NCBI GenBank assembly: GCA_965225945.1
Contig: CBDDBZ010000028.1
Span: 64,001-128,000, forward strand
Direction of reading: 5' to 3'
DNA length: 64,000 nucleotides
Source of the DNA: Alphaproteobacteria bacterium
Lineage (GTDB): Bacteria; Pseudomonadota; Alphaproteobacteria; GCA-2731375
Positions 41,791 to 51,752 of this stretch are shown one piece after another. The notes beneath the pieces are model-generated. The model ran no database searches and had not been told where the DNA came from. It worked only from the letters and a program-made list of their open reading frames with translations. Both the position numbers and the translations under genes were made by a program. Position 1 is the first letter of the stretch; the number at the start of each line of letters is the position of its first letter.

Positions 41791-42972
41791 TCAAGCACCA
41801 GCGTCGAGGGCCGCCGTCGGAGCCGCCGCCTCGGCGCTGGCGGGGAAGATCTCGGGCACGCCGAAGGGCAGGGTTTCGAGGTAGAGCGAACGCGAGGGAA
41901 AGGCGAAGCTGGCGCCGTTCTCTTCCACGATCTGCTTGATGCGGTAGAGCAGCGCCTCCTTCACTCCCATCCACTCGCCCCAGGCCTTGGTCTTGGTGAA
42001 GCAGTAGAGCATGATGTCGACGCTGGAATCGCCAAAGGAATCGACGTTGATCAGCGTGGTGACGCGGCCCGGGTCGGTCTCGAAGTCCTCGCCCTCGTAG
42101 ACATGCGCACGGATCGCCTCGACGATGGCGCGAAGCTGGTCGATGCTGGTGCGGTATTCCAGGCCGATGGTCCACCAGATCCGCCGGTGGCTCATGCGCG
42201 AGAAGTTGATCAGCGCCTTGCCGGTCAGCAGCGAATTCGGGATCGTCACCAGCGACTGATCGAAGCGGCGGATCTTGGTGGTGCGAAAGCCGATCGACTC
42301 CACCGTGCCCTCGACGTCGGGGGTGCGGATCCAATCGCCCTGCTCGAAGATGTGGTCGAGGAAGATGTTGAGGCCGGCGAACAGGTTGGAGATCAGGTTC
42401 TGCGCCCCGAAGGCGACGGCCATGCCGACCAGGCCGAGACCACCCAAGAGCGCCGCGACGTTGAAGTCCCATTCCTCCAGCACCGCGACCACGCCCAGAC
42501 AAGCGATGGCGAACTTGGCGATCTTGGCGAAGAAGTCGCGCAGCGAATCGCGCAAGCCCCGGCTTCCCATCACCAACGTCAGGCGGTCGACCAGATAGGC
42601 GAGCGGATCCACGAGGCGATAGAGCGACCAGAAGATGGTGAAGGCGATCAGCGAGCGGACGACGCGGCCGAGAAAGAGCTCGACCTCGGAGGGAAAGGGC
42701 GCCACCTGGCTCGCCGCATAAATCCCCATCACGACGAAGAGGAAGCGCAGCGGCGCCTCCAGCGCCGTCAGCACGGCGTCGTCGATCTCGGTTCGGGTCC
42801 GCTTGGTGAAGCGCCGCAGGAAGTCGATCAGGATCCGTGCGAGGAAGCGGCGCAGCAACAAGAACAAGATGAAGACGGCGAGCGCGCTCAGCACGTGGCC
42901 CAGGTCGACCCCGCCGACGCCCGCGCGCCAAACGGTCACCACTTCGTTCCAGAAGCCGCTCAGGGTGTCCAT
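41791..42972 (-). CDS. Small-conductance mechanosensitive channel (MscS family)
   Basis: GGLGLVGMAVAFGAQ, GDWI, EGTVE.IGFRTT, IPNS, FAFPS. Confidence 0.93.
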   Translation of the reverse strand: MDTLSGFWNEVVTVWRAGVGGVDLGHVLSALAVFILFLLLRRFLARILIDFLRRFTKRTRTEIDDAVLTALEAPLRFLFVVMGIYAASQVAPFPSEVELFLGRVVRSLIAFTIFWSLYRLVDPLAYLVDRLTLVMGSRGLRDSLRDFFAKIAKFAIACLGVVAVLEEWDFNVAALLGGLGLVGMAVAFGAQNLISNLFAGLNIFLDHIFEQGDWIRTPDVEGTVESIGFRTTKIRRFDQSLVTIPNSLLTGKALINFSRMSHRRIWWTIGLEYRTSIDQLRAIVEAIRAHVYEGEDFETDPGRVTTLINVDSFGDSSVDIMLYCFTKTKAWGEWMGVKEALLYRIKQIVEENGASFAFPSRSLYLETLPFGVPEIFPASAEAAAPTAALDAGA

Positions 42973-43029
42973 GTCACGCCTCTCCAAGCGAAGTATCGTC
43001 CGGGGCGGTCGAGGCGCTTGTCCATGGCT

Positions 43030-44043
43030 CTAATCGCCGACGCCGGGGAAGACAAGCGCGACCTTACCGCGCGATTCACGCCCTTGCACAGTCGCCACCG
43101 CCTCCTGGAAGCTCTCGATCGGAAAGCGGTGCGACACCACGGGCCTCAGCTTGCCGGCCGCGTACCATTCGGCCAGATCGCCCTGCAGCTCGCGCACCCG
43201 GGTCTCGTGGACTTCGGGCCTGTCGCCGTCCAGCGTCCAACCGACGTAGATGCCGTAGTTGAGACCGATGGCGCTGACGTTCTTCACCAGAAGATGATTG
43301 CTCGGAAAGGCGAAGACGTCGCCCGAAGCGAAGCCGATGGTGAGGATTCGGCCGTCGAAGGCGAGACAGCGAAGCGATTGCCGGCTCGCTTCGCCGCCGA
43401 TCGGGTCGATCACGACGTCGACGCCCCGCCCCTCGGTCAGCGCGCGGATCCGCGCCACCAAGTCAGTCCCGAGAATCAGCGTCTCGTCGGCGCCGTGCGC
43501 GCGGGCGAGCACCAGCTTCTCCTCAGTGCCGGCGGTGGCGATCACCCGGGCGCCGAGGAATTTGGCGATCTCGACGACCGCCAAGCCGACCGCGCCGCTG
43601 GCGCCGTGTACCAGCAGCGCCTCGCCCGCCACGAGTTTCGCCTTCCAGACCAGCGCGGCATAAGCCGTGGCGTAGGAGAGCGGTAAATTGGTCGCCTCGG
43701 CGAGGTCGATACCCGGGGGGGCGGGATAGACCGTGGCCTCGTGGACCACCGACTCTTCCGCATGGCCGCCCCATGGCAGCACTGCCATCACCCGATCGCC
43801 GGGCCGGAAGCGTGTGACCTCGGGGCCAACCTCGCCGACCACCCCCGCGGCTTCGGTCCCCGGTGCGAAGGGAAGTGGCGGCTTGCGTTGGTAGCGACCG
43901 GCGACGACGATGGCGGTGGCGAAGCTGACCCCGGCGGCGGCGTGGCGAATGCGGACGCCCTTGGCCGTCATCACCGGTGGCGCCACCTCCTCAACCGCCA
44001 GGTTCTCGAACGGCCCGAACTCCCGACACATTACCGCGCGCAA
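43030..44043 (-). CDS. NADPH:quinone oxidoreductase (MDR family)
   Basis: G.YQ.KPPLPF.PG.E, HGASGAVG, GFASG, GKV. Confidence 0.92.
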   Translation of the reverse strand: MRAVMCREFGPFENLAVEEVAPPVMTAKGVRIRHAAAGVSFATAIVVAGRYQRKPPLPFAPGTEAAGVVGEVGPEVTRFRPGDRVMAVLPWGGHAEESVVHEATVYPAPPGIDLAEATNLPLSYATAYAALVWKAKLVAGEALLVHGASGAVGLAVVEIAKFLGARVIATAGTEEKLVLARAHGADETLILGTDLVARIRALTEGRGVDVVIDPIGGEASRQSLRCLAFDGRILTIGFASGDVFAFPSNHLLVKNVSAIGLNYGIYVGWTLDGDRPEVHETRVRELQGDLAEWYAAGKLRPVVSHRFPIESFQEAVATVQGRESRGKVALVFPGVGD

Positions 44044-44159
44044 CGCTCCCTCCCACCGTTCGCCGCCCCTCCGTTGGCCGCTGGATGGCGCGCAGGCTAT
44101 GCGGCCTGGGAAATCGCTTCAAGGGCACACCGACATGACCTTCGCCGAGACACCGCCCT

Positions 44160-44240
44160 CACGCCGGCTACATCACCGGCCGATCGCTTCTGGTCGACGG
44201 CGGCCTCTTCGACGGCGTGGTTCGAGGGGCGTATTTCCAA
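44160..44240 (+). pseudogene. C-terminal remnant of an SDR gene
   Basis: Translates HAGYITGRSLLVDGGLF (SDR C-terminal motif) with an in-frame stop a few codons upstream. Confidence 0.55.
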
Positions 44241-44304
44241 CCGCCCGGCGCGGGGAAAACGGATAGACGTGGAGCACCCGCCCGTCGCTCCGGTCCAGGG
44301 CGCG

Positions 44305-44529
44305 TCATCCGCGGACGATCTCCACCAGATGCTCGCGGCCGAGATCGATCAGGTGCGCCTCTTTCTCCGCCGCCAAGAGCCCGGCGCCAATTCCGGCGGT
44401 CATCGCCAGCACCAAGGAGCGGTCGCTCATATCGAGCCAGAAGCCGCGCCTGACGAGCTTGCCGTCGCTGTCGCGGGCGAAGGGGTCGTCCGGATTGGCG
44501 CCGAGATCGGGCTGGTGAAAACGGGTCAT
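44305..44529 (-). CDS. Small hypothetical protein (74 aa)
   Basis: GAGGAGGAG RBS; protein-like composition; follows NIPSNAP on the same strand. Confidence 0.6.
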   Translation of the reverse strand: MTRFHQPDLGANPDDPFARDSDGKLVRRGFWLDMSDRSLVLAMTAGIGAGLLAAEKEAHLIDLGREHLVEIVRG

Positions 44530-44557
44530 GGGTGCGTCTCCTCCTCGTCGTGTCGGC

Positions 44558-44881
44558 TCAGGGCTTCGGCCCCCAGGGCGCGTTCAGCAGCAGCTTCACC
44601 TCTTGGCTCATGACCAGCGGCCGGATCTGGCCCGCGAAGTTCATGAAGGCCTGGTCCTGGAACAGCTTGGCCCAAAAGGCCCGGCGATCGGCGTCGTCCT
44701 CGAATCGCCAGAGGTGGACCAACTGATTGATGGTGCCGACATCGGCGGTGAAGTAGCCGACGAGGTGGGTCGAGAATCCACCCCCCTCGAGCGCCGGCCA
44801 GCCGAGCTCGCCGTAGAGCCGCACCGCCTCGGCCATTTTGCCGACGTAGAGCGTATAGGTCCGCATTTCATAGATCGCCAT
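44558..44881 (-). CDS. NIPSNAP family protein
   Basis: IYEMRTY, GYF...G.INQ.VHLW, strong RBS. Confidence 0.9.
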   Translation of the reverse strand: MAIYEMRTYTLYVGKMAEAVRLYGELGWPALEGGGFSTHLVGYFTADVGTINQLVHLWRFEDDADRRAFWAKLFQDQAFMNFAGQIRPLVMSQEVKLLLNAPWGPKP

Positions 44882-44987
44882 CTCTGCCTCCTCCTCGATC
44901 GTGTCTCGCCGGGGAGCTTATACCAAGCGCCATGCATGGCGACTCCGACGGCCCGACGCTGGAGCGGGAGGCGACGGCGTGGTTGGC

Positions 44988-45824
44988 CTACACCGCGCCG
45001 GAGTGTTCCTGGATGAAGACGTGGGCATAGAGATTGGCGATCCAGAACTTGCCCTCTTGCGTGACCTGCAGATACCCGAGACTCGGATCGAGGAAGGGCC
45101 GGACCGTGCCCCAGAAGAACTTGGGATAGGCATCGCTCAGGTCGGCCGGGCGCTCGTAGCCGAAGCGGGCATTGGCGCCGGTCTCCTGGAATTCGGCGAA
45201 CAGCAGGGGCAGTTTTTTCAAGTAGTCGAGGTCGGCCATCTGACCGATCAGGTCCGCCGCGCGCAGGAGCCCCGGAAAGGTCTCGGTGCCGGAGGCGCTG
45301 TCGCCCTCCGGCATGGGAAAGCGGGTGTGCTCGATGTTCGCCACGACGGCGTTGTAGTTGATCCGTGGTACCTTGCCGAAGCGCTCGCGAACGAAGATCT
45401 CGGAACGGTTGACGTGGTGCGGCGTCAGCGCCGCGTCGGTGGCGCCGCGCGCCAGCGTCACCGTCGCGCCATCGCCGTCGATCACGTATTCGCCGTCACG
45501 GTCGTCGCGACAGACACCCCGGACGTAGCCGATGTCGTGACAGAGCAGGGAGATGACGAAATGCAGCCAGTCCCCGGGCGACACGCCCCCCTCGATGATC
45601 TGCTTGCCGCGCAGGATCTCCTGGCCGACCTCGGTCACCATGATGGTGTGGTCGACGTCGTGATAGGGCGCGTCGGAGTTGGCGATGTTCTCCAGCGCGA
45701 TGCGGCCGACGAAGCCGATGATGTTGGGATATTCGGGCTCCAGGAGGCCATAGACTCGGTGGTAGTTCTGGCGCAGTCGATCGACGAAGGCGTCGATCAC
45801 GATCATGGCCGGATTGAACATCAT
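44988..45824 (-). CDS. HD-domain metal-dependent phosphohydrolase
   Basis: YHDVDHT, CHDIGY, TPHHV.R, TRFP, AADLIGQ. Confidence 0.85.
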   Translation of the reverse strand: MMFNPAMIVIDAFVDRLRQNYHRVYGLLEPEYPNIIGFVGRIALENIANSDAPYHDVDHTIMVTEVGQEILRGKQIIEGGVSPGDWLHFVISLLCHDIGYVRGVCRDDRDGEYVIDGDGATVTLARGATDAALTPHHVNRSEIFVRERFGKVPRINYNAVVANIEHTRFPMPEGDSASGTETFPGLLRAADLIGQMADLDYLKKLPLLFAEFQETGANARFGYERPADLSDAYPKFFWGTVRPFLDPSLGYLQVTQEGKFWIANLYAHVFIQEHSGAV

Positions 45825-45879
45825 CGCCCCCCTCGGCTCCGCCCGTCGTCCTCGCCAACTGGAAGTTTCCAGCGCGCGC

Positions 45880-46299
45880 TCAGCCGACTTGCATCGAATA
45901 ACAGGCCCGGCCGACGGCAAGCAGGCGGTCGCTCTCGTCCATCACGTCGACGTCGACCACGCCCACCGTGCGCCCGGCCCGGCGCACCCGGGCCGTCGCG
46001 ATCAGGTCGGTGTTGAAGGCGGGGCGGAGGTAGTCGGTGCGGAAGTTGATGGTCGGCACCCCGCCGCCCAAGGCAACGGCCAGCGCATAGTCGCCCACGG
46101 TGTCGATCAGCGCCGCGATCGGCCCGCCGTGGAACTGGCCAGTGCCGGCCTTGCGCTCGAACTCGGGGCGGAGCGGCATCCGCATGGTGATCTCGCCCGC
46201 CGCCGCGTCGAGCGAGGTGACCCTCAGATTCATGAAGGCGATGAAGGGCGAGGCGTCGAGCATCGCCTGGATCTCCTCGGCGGTGAGCGGCGCGGTCAT
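45880..46299 (-). CDS. PaaI-family thioesterase
   Basis: HGG.IAALID, T.N...YLRP hot-dog motifs; ATGA overlap with the upstream MDR gene. Confidence 0.9.
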   Translation of the reverse strand: MTAPLTAEEIQAMLDASPFIAFMNLRVTSLDAAAGEITMRMPLRPEFERKAGTGQFHGGPIAALIDTVGDYALAVALGGGVPTINFRTDYLRPAFNTDLIATARVRRAGRTVGVVDVDVMDESDRLLAVGRACYSMQVG

Positions 46300-47300
46300 G
46301 GCACGATCACCACCTTGCCGAAGATCGCCCGGTCCTCCATCAGTTTCACGCCCCTCGCCGCCTCTTCCAGCGGCAGTTCCCGGTCGATCACCGGGGCCAT
46401 GCGGCCCGCCTGGATATGGCCCATCAAGGTCTCCAGATCGTCCCGCGTCCAACTGTTGGAGCCGAGGACCTTCAACTCGAAGCTCCAGATGTAGCGGATG
46501 TCGGTCTTCGGGTCGAAGCCGGCGGTGGCGCCACAGGTCAGCAGCCGCCCGCCCCGCCTCAGGGATTTGAAGGAGGGTACCCAGGTCTCTCCGCCGGTGA
46601 AGTTGACGACCACGTCGACGCCGCCCTCCCGGCTCCGCCGGTGGGGCTTGCCATGGCGCCGCCAGATCTCCCGTTCGAAGGCGCTCGTCGCGTAGTTGAT
46701 GCCATCGTCAGCGCCGAGCGCCTTCAGCCGCTCCAGCTTCTCCTCGCTGCTGGCGGCGACGATCACCTCTGCCCCGGCCATCTTGGCCAGCAGCACGCAG
46801 CAGGTGCCGACGCCGCCGCTCGCGCCGAGGACCAGGACCTTCTCGCCCGCCTTGACATGGCCGTTCTCGAACATCATGCGATGCGCGGTACCGTAAGCGA
46901 CGGGAAGCGCTGCCGCCTCGGCGAAGCTCACGCCGTCGGGAATCGGGATCAACTGGCTCGCTGAACAGACGCAGTATTCGGCCAGGCCGCCATCCAGCAT
47001 CTCGCCCATCAGCCCGCGCTCGGGATGGATCGGGTTGATCAGCACCGCTTCTCCCTCCGACCAGCCCTCGACGCCCTCGCCCAGTGCCGCCACCTCGCCG
47101 GCGATGTCGAGCCCCGGGATCACCGGCAGCGGCACCTTGATCCCGGGCATGCCGCGGCAGGTGAAGACGTCGTGGTAGTTGAGCGAGGAGGCCTTGATCC
47201 GGACCAGCACGTGGCCGGCCTCGAGCTCGGGCTCGCGGTAGTCCGGCTCGTAGGTCAGGTTCTCCATGCCGCCATGGCGGTGTAGGACGGTGGCGCGCAT
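46296..47300 (-). CDS. Zinc-binding dehydrogenase (MDR family)
   Basis: SLNYHD, GASGGVG, CGATAG, FGKVV. Confidence 0.9.
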   Translation of the reverse strand: MRATVLHRHGGMENLTYEPDYREPELEAGHVLVRIKASSLNYHDVFTCRGMPGIKVPLPVIPGLDIAGEVAALGEGVEGWSEGEAVLINPIHPERGLMGEMLDGGLAEYCVCSASQLIPIPDGVSFAEAAALPVAYGTAHRMMFENGHVKAGEKVLVLGASGGVGTCCVLLAKMAGAEVIVAASSEEKLERLKALGADDGINYATSAFEREIWRRHGKPHRRSREGGVDVVVNFTGGETWVPSFKSLRRGGRLLTCGATAGFDPKTDIRYIWSFELKVLGSNSWTRDDLETLMGHIQAGRMAPVIDRELPLEEAARGVKLMEDRAIFGKVVIVP

Positions 47301-47538
47301 CGTCGCTCCCTCGGGGGCCCCTGGGGCGGCGATTAGAGACCAGGCGACGAGCGCTGTCGATGCCATCGGCGCTCGGCTTGTGGTGGCCGGCGGCATCTCC
47401 GACGGGATCTTGGCCGATCCGGTCAACAGGAAACAAAAATCGGGACGGGCGGGCATTTCGCCCGTCCGCCCCGCCGAGTGGGGCGGCCCGTGGGCATGGG
47501 AGGAAAGCCGCCGCCCCAATCGTGTCCTCGCGGCTCGA

Positions 47539-48322
47539 TCAGCTCGACCGTCCCATCCGCCGGTCGAGTTGCGCCTTCCGATCGGCGACGACCCGTTCGT
47601 GGTTGCCGTCGATCCAGCGCCGCTGGACCGCCCAGTAGTCGTCGCTCCGGCGGTTGATCAGCACCGAGTTGGCCGCCAGCGTCAGCAGAATCGCCTGGCC
47701 CTTCTGGCTCTTGATGGTGGCACGCGGCACGCCGGCCCAATCGACCACCACGTCGAGCGTCCGGCCGTCGGCGTCCCGCTCGTGCGGCCGATAATAGGCG
47801 CGGTCGCGGGGCGTGAGGACGCGGACCCGTCCGCTTCCGTCGGCGACGCGGATTCGGCCCGCCGGCCGGTGGATCAGACCGTAGAGGGTGTAGCCGTCGC
47901 GGTCGGCGGTGCGCACCGCCGTCAGGATGTAGCGGTCGTGGTCCTGGACGCCGTAGCCCCGGAGCACCGCTTGGAAGTGCCGGGTCGCCGCCTCCATGTG
48001 GCGGAAGACGCGGCCGGTGCTACCGCTCTTCGGCACCGTGTCCAGAGCTCGGCCATAAGCGTGGCGATAGGTCCGGTCCAGAGTTACCCCGGTCTTCGCC
48101 TTCTCCATCTCCGCGTTCATCCGGTGCAGATCCGCGTCGATGAAGTAGGGCGCGGTGGCGATGCCCTCGAACAGGCCGGCGAGAATCAGTACCGGCGAGG
48201 CGATTAGATAGCCCATGGCCTGGCCGAGGCCGTGGGCCGGACTCCGCTCGCTCGCCCGCACGGTGGGCGACGCAGCCGGACATGAGAACGCTGGTCAGGA
48301 CGATGATGATGACTTTTCGCAT
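47539..48322 (-). pseudogene. Putative lipoprotein, frameshifted just after the lipobox
   Basis: MRKVIIIVLTSVLMSGC signal (start 48322, GGAGAG RBS) is in a different frame from the 240-aa body (47539-48261). Confidence 0.6.
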
Positions 48323-48493
48323 ATCGAATACTCTCCATTTGTTTGGATGCTCGGCGGCCCCGCCGAATCGACATTTCCGGAAGCGATGTCGTCGAAACTC
48401 CGTCGCATGCTTCGCCGCTCCCTCTTCGACGTCGGCACGGCGATCTCGCCGCCGCGGAGATCGAACGCCGTTTCGTTTCCTGAACAGGCGTAA

Positions 48494-48539
48494 TGAACGA
48501 CGTTCAGATAGATCGTGACAGAAAACTTAACATTGTTCA
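48494..48539. promoter_or_regulatory. Two TGAAC-N3-GTTCA-type palindromes (putative TetR operators)
   Basis: TGAACgacGTTCA at 48494-48506 and TTAACattGTTCA at 48527-48539, in the divergent intergenic region. Confidence 0.5.
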
Positions 48540-48586
48540 ACAACTTTTTTTCAGCTATGTTCCGGACGCCGCGCAAAGGAGGAATC

Positions 48587-49207
48587 ATGCCGCCACGAGG
48601 GGAACATTCACGCGACGAGCTGCGGGCCCTGATCCTCGCCGCGAGCCGCGACATCGCCGAGGCGAAGGGCCTCAAGGGCCTGACCGCCCGCGCCATCGCC
48701 GGGCGGATCGGCTATTCCCCCGGCACCCTCTACAACGTCTTCGAGAATCTCGACGACGTCGTGGCCCAGCTCAACGCGGAAACTCTCGACGACTTGTTCG
48801 AGGTCATGCGGGCGGTGCCGCGCGACGCCGACCCGGAGACCGCGCTGCTCGACTTGGCGCGCGCCTATGTCGGCTTCGCCCGCGAGCGACCCCGGGTCTG
48901 GAACCTGGTGTTCGATCACATTCTGCCGGACGGACGCGAGTTGCCGGACTGGTATTACGAGAGGATCCTGCGCCTGCTCGACATCGTCTCGGCCGCCCTG
49001 GCGCCGCTCTTCCCGCTGGGCGAGGAGCGTCAACGCGACCATTCCGCCCGCGTCCTCTGGTCGGCCACCCAGGGGATCAGCTCGCTCGCGGGCGCCGGAA
49101 AGCTGGCGCGGGCGGAATCCGTCGACGGCCTCTTGCGCGCGCTCGTCACCTATCACGTCCGGGGCATCCGCGCCTCGGACCACCACCCCGATTTCGAAAG
49201 CGCCTGA
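48587..49207 (+). CDS. TetR/AcrR-family regulator (WHG-type C-terminus)
   Basis: LTARAIA..IGYSPGTLYNVF HTH; LWSATQGISSL; AGGAGG RBS. Confidence 0.92.
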   Translation: MPPRGEHSRDELRALILAASRDIAEAKGLKGLTARAIAGRIGYSPGTLYNVFENLDDVVAQLNAETLDDLFEVMRAVPRDADPETALLDLARAYVGFARERPRVWNLVFDHILPDGRELPDWYYERILRLLDIVSAALAPLFPLGEERQRDHSARVLWSATQGISSLAGAGKLARAESVDGLLRALVTYHVRGIRASDHHPDFESA

Positions 49208-49287
49208 CGCGCGCTATCCCGCCGCCGTTGCCGGTCCGGGCGGCGCGTGCATAATCGTGCCCGGTTCTTGGCAGGGCGTGGACGGCG

Positions 49288-50346
49288 ATGGAATTCGGGC
49301 TTCAGTTCTTCCCCTGCATCGGCCCGGCGGAGAAGTCCGCCGCCGACTATTGGGCCGAGTCGCTGCACCTGGTCTCGCTCGCCGACGGGCTCGGCTTCAC
49401 CAGCGTGCGCACGGTGGAGCACTACTTCCACCCTTATGGCGGCTATAGCCCGAACCCGATCGTCCTGCTCGCCGCCGCCGCGATGCGGACCTCGAGAGCA
49501 CGGCTGATCACCGGCGCGGTGCTGCCGGCCTTCAACGATCCGCTGAAGCTCGCCGGCGAGATCGGCATGCTGGACGCGATCTCCGGCGGCCGACTCGAGG
49601 TCGGCTTCGCCCGGGCCTTCCTGCCGCACGAGTTCCAGGCCTTCGGCGTGCCGCTGGACGAAAGCCGGGCGCGCTACGCCGAAGGCGTGGAACAGGTGCG
49701 CCTCTTGCTGGAGAACGACGTCGCGAGCCACCAGGGTCGCTTCCACGCCTTCGAGGACATCACCTCGCTGCCGCGCCCGACGCAAACCCCACGCCCGCCC
49801 TTCTGGGTCGCGGCGTTGGCGACGCCCGCCTCCTTCGAATGGGCCGGGCGCGAGGGCCACGGGGTGATGGCTATTCCCATGGGCGGCGGCAAGATGGCGG
49901 AGTTGATCCGAACCTACCGCGAGGCCTGGGCCGAGGCCGGCCATCCGGGCCGGGGCCGGGTGATGCTGGCCTTCCACATGTTTTGCGACCAGGACCGAGA
50001 CCGTGCCGCCGAGATCGCCCGACCCAACCTGAACGCCTATTTGAAGCGGCTGGTGGACGGCGCCCGCCATTGGCTCGACGGCAAAAATTCCGCCGATTAT
50101 CCGGGCTACGCCGAGATCATCGCCGCCCTCGACCGGGAGAGCTTCGAGAGCCAGGTCGAGAGCGGCGCCGCCTGGGTCGGCGATCCCGACGACATCGCCA
50201 AGGCCGCCCGGGCTTACCGGGAGGCGGTGGGCCGCTTCGAAATCGCCTCCTTCCAGGTCAACTTCCACCGCATCGGCGTCGAGGACGCGGAACGCTCGAT
50301 GCGGCTGTTCGCGGCGGAGGTGGCGAGGCGGCTCGCCGGGGATTGA
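49288..50346 (+). CDS. LLM-class flavin-dependent oxidoreductase
   Basis: VEHYFH.YGG.SPNP, PLKLAGE..MLD.ISGGRLEVGFAR, P.P.Q.PRPP. Confidence 0.92.
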   Translation: MEFGLQFFPCIGPAEKSAADYWAESLHLVSLADGLGFTSVRTVEHYFHPYGGYSPNPIVLLAAAAMRTSRARLITGAVLPAFNDPLKLAGEIGMLDAISGGRLEVGFARAFLPHEFQAFGVPLDESRARYAEGVEQVRLLLENDVASHQGRFHAFEDITSLPRPTQTPRPPFWVAALATPASFEWAGREGHGVMAIPMGGGKMAELIRTYREAWAEAGHPGRGRVMLAFHMFCDQDRDRAAEIARPNLNAYLKRLVDGARHWLDGKNSADYPGYAEIIAALDRESFESQVESGAAWVGDPDDIAKAARAYREAVGRFEIASFQVNFHRIGVEDAERSMRLFAAEVARRLAGD

Positions 50347-50462
50347 GCGCGGCGCCGTGACGGTCCCACCCTGGCTGGTGGCGCTGGTCCTGGGGCCCGC
50401 GCGGCTGCACGCCCGTCGCCGCGAGGCCAAGACCCGCTTCGGAAGCTGAGGTGGATCGCCGC

Positions 50463-51614
50463 TCAGATCGGGCAGCGGCGAGCGGCCGGTCCGCTCGTGA
50501 GCCTCGGCAACGTCGCCTCCAGCCAACCTCGGATCATGGCCCTGAGAGCGATGCCGCGGCGCATCATGGCGTTGTCCAAGGCGAACCAGTCGCCGTTGGT
50601 GACGACGACGAGATCGCGGGCCGGCACCACGTGGAGCGTTTGATCGCCGTAGCCCCGGGCGATCAGCACACGATGGCCGGCCACGGTGTCCAACCACCAG
50701 AGATAGCCGTAACCGAATTCGCCGCCATGCACCTCGGCGGGGAGTGTGCGGGCGCGTTCGCGGCCGCTTTCCTCGATCCAAGCGGCGGGCAGGATCCGCC
50801 GGCCGCCGAGCATTCCCTCCCGCGCATAGAGCTGGGCGAAACGGGCCAGATGTCGCGGCGTCATCGAAATCTCGATCCCGCCGAAATGGCGGCCCGTCGC
50901 ATCCCGCTCCCAACGGCTCACGACGATTCCCGCCGGCCCGAACAAAGCCGTCTGGGCATATTCGGCGAGGCTCCGCCCACTGGCCGTGGCGACGGCGACG
51001 CCCAGGAGATGGGCGTTGCCGGTGCCGTAGCGATATCGGCTGCCCGCCGGGAAGACGCGTTCGCGCTCGAGGAGCGCCAGCGCCGGATCCGAGCTGGAGC
51101 GCCACTCGAAGTGATTGAAGTCGAACTCGGTGCTGGCCAGCCCGGAGGTCATGGTCAAGAGGTGGCGAAGCGTGATCGGCGGCCGGTCGCCCGCCAGGCG
51201 CACCGCCAATTCCGGCGGCAGCAGTTCCGCCACCGGTCGGTCGAGATCGCCAATCAGGCCGTCGCGCAGCGCCGCGCCGACGATCGCCGAGGTCACGCTC
51301 TTGGCGACCGAATGCAGGGGCTGCGCGTCGCCCTGGGCGTGGTCCTGGCGATAGTGTTCCGCCACCAGGCAACCGTTCCGCGCGACGAGGAAGGCACGGA
51401 TGAAGCCGAGCTTGCCGATCGCCGCCGCCAGGCCACGGAGCCGGGCCGGATCGAGTCCCACCTCGGCCGGCCGCGCCACTTGCCAGCCCGCCCCGGCCGC
51501 TTGACCGGCCAGCGGCGGCGCCGAGTCCTTGAAAGCCGTGGCGCAACAGGCCAGCAGCAACGCCATGACCGGCGGCGCGAACCGTCCAGCCCCGCCTCCA
51601 CGACTCGCCGCCAT
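50463..51614 (-). CDS. Serine hydrolase, beta-lactamase/class C-like, probably exported
   Basis: SVAKS (SxxK), ITLRHLLTMTSG, YRY, YGYLWW, ARGYG; start uncertain. Confidence 0.88.
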   Translation of the reverse strand: MAASRGGGAGRFAPPVMALLLACCATAFKDSAPPLAGQAAGAGWQVARPAEVGLDPARLRGLAAAIGKLGFIRAFLVARNGCLVAEHYRQDHAQGDAQPLHSVAKSVTSAIVGAALRDGLIGDLDRPVAELLPPELAVRLAGDRPPITLRHLLTMTSGLASTEFDFNHFEWRSSSDPALALLERERVFPAGSRYRYGTGNAHLLGVAVATASGRSLAEYAQTALFGPAGIVVSRWERDATGRHFGGIEISMTPRHLARFAQLYAREGMLGGRRILPAAWIEESGRERARTLPAEVHGGEFGYGYLWWLDTVAGHRVLIARGYGDQTLHVVPARDLVVVTNGDWFALDNAMMRRGIALRAMIRGWLEATLPRLTSGPAARRCPI

Positions 51615-51752
51615 TAGCCGCCCCTGGGCCCGCCGCTCGCCCCTTGACCCGATCCGGCCCGCAGAGTAGGGGAGTTGCCCCGCCCAAGCCAGAAGGCCGT
51701 CGCCACACGACCCGGACCCGGGGCCGCCACGGCCAGCCCGAGGGATGCGAAG

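Noticed and set aside
49153-51708. 851-aa minus-strand ORF and similar long antisense ORFs throughout the window
   Set aside because: GC-rich shadow frames overlapping well-supported genes, with no motifs.
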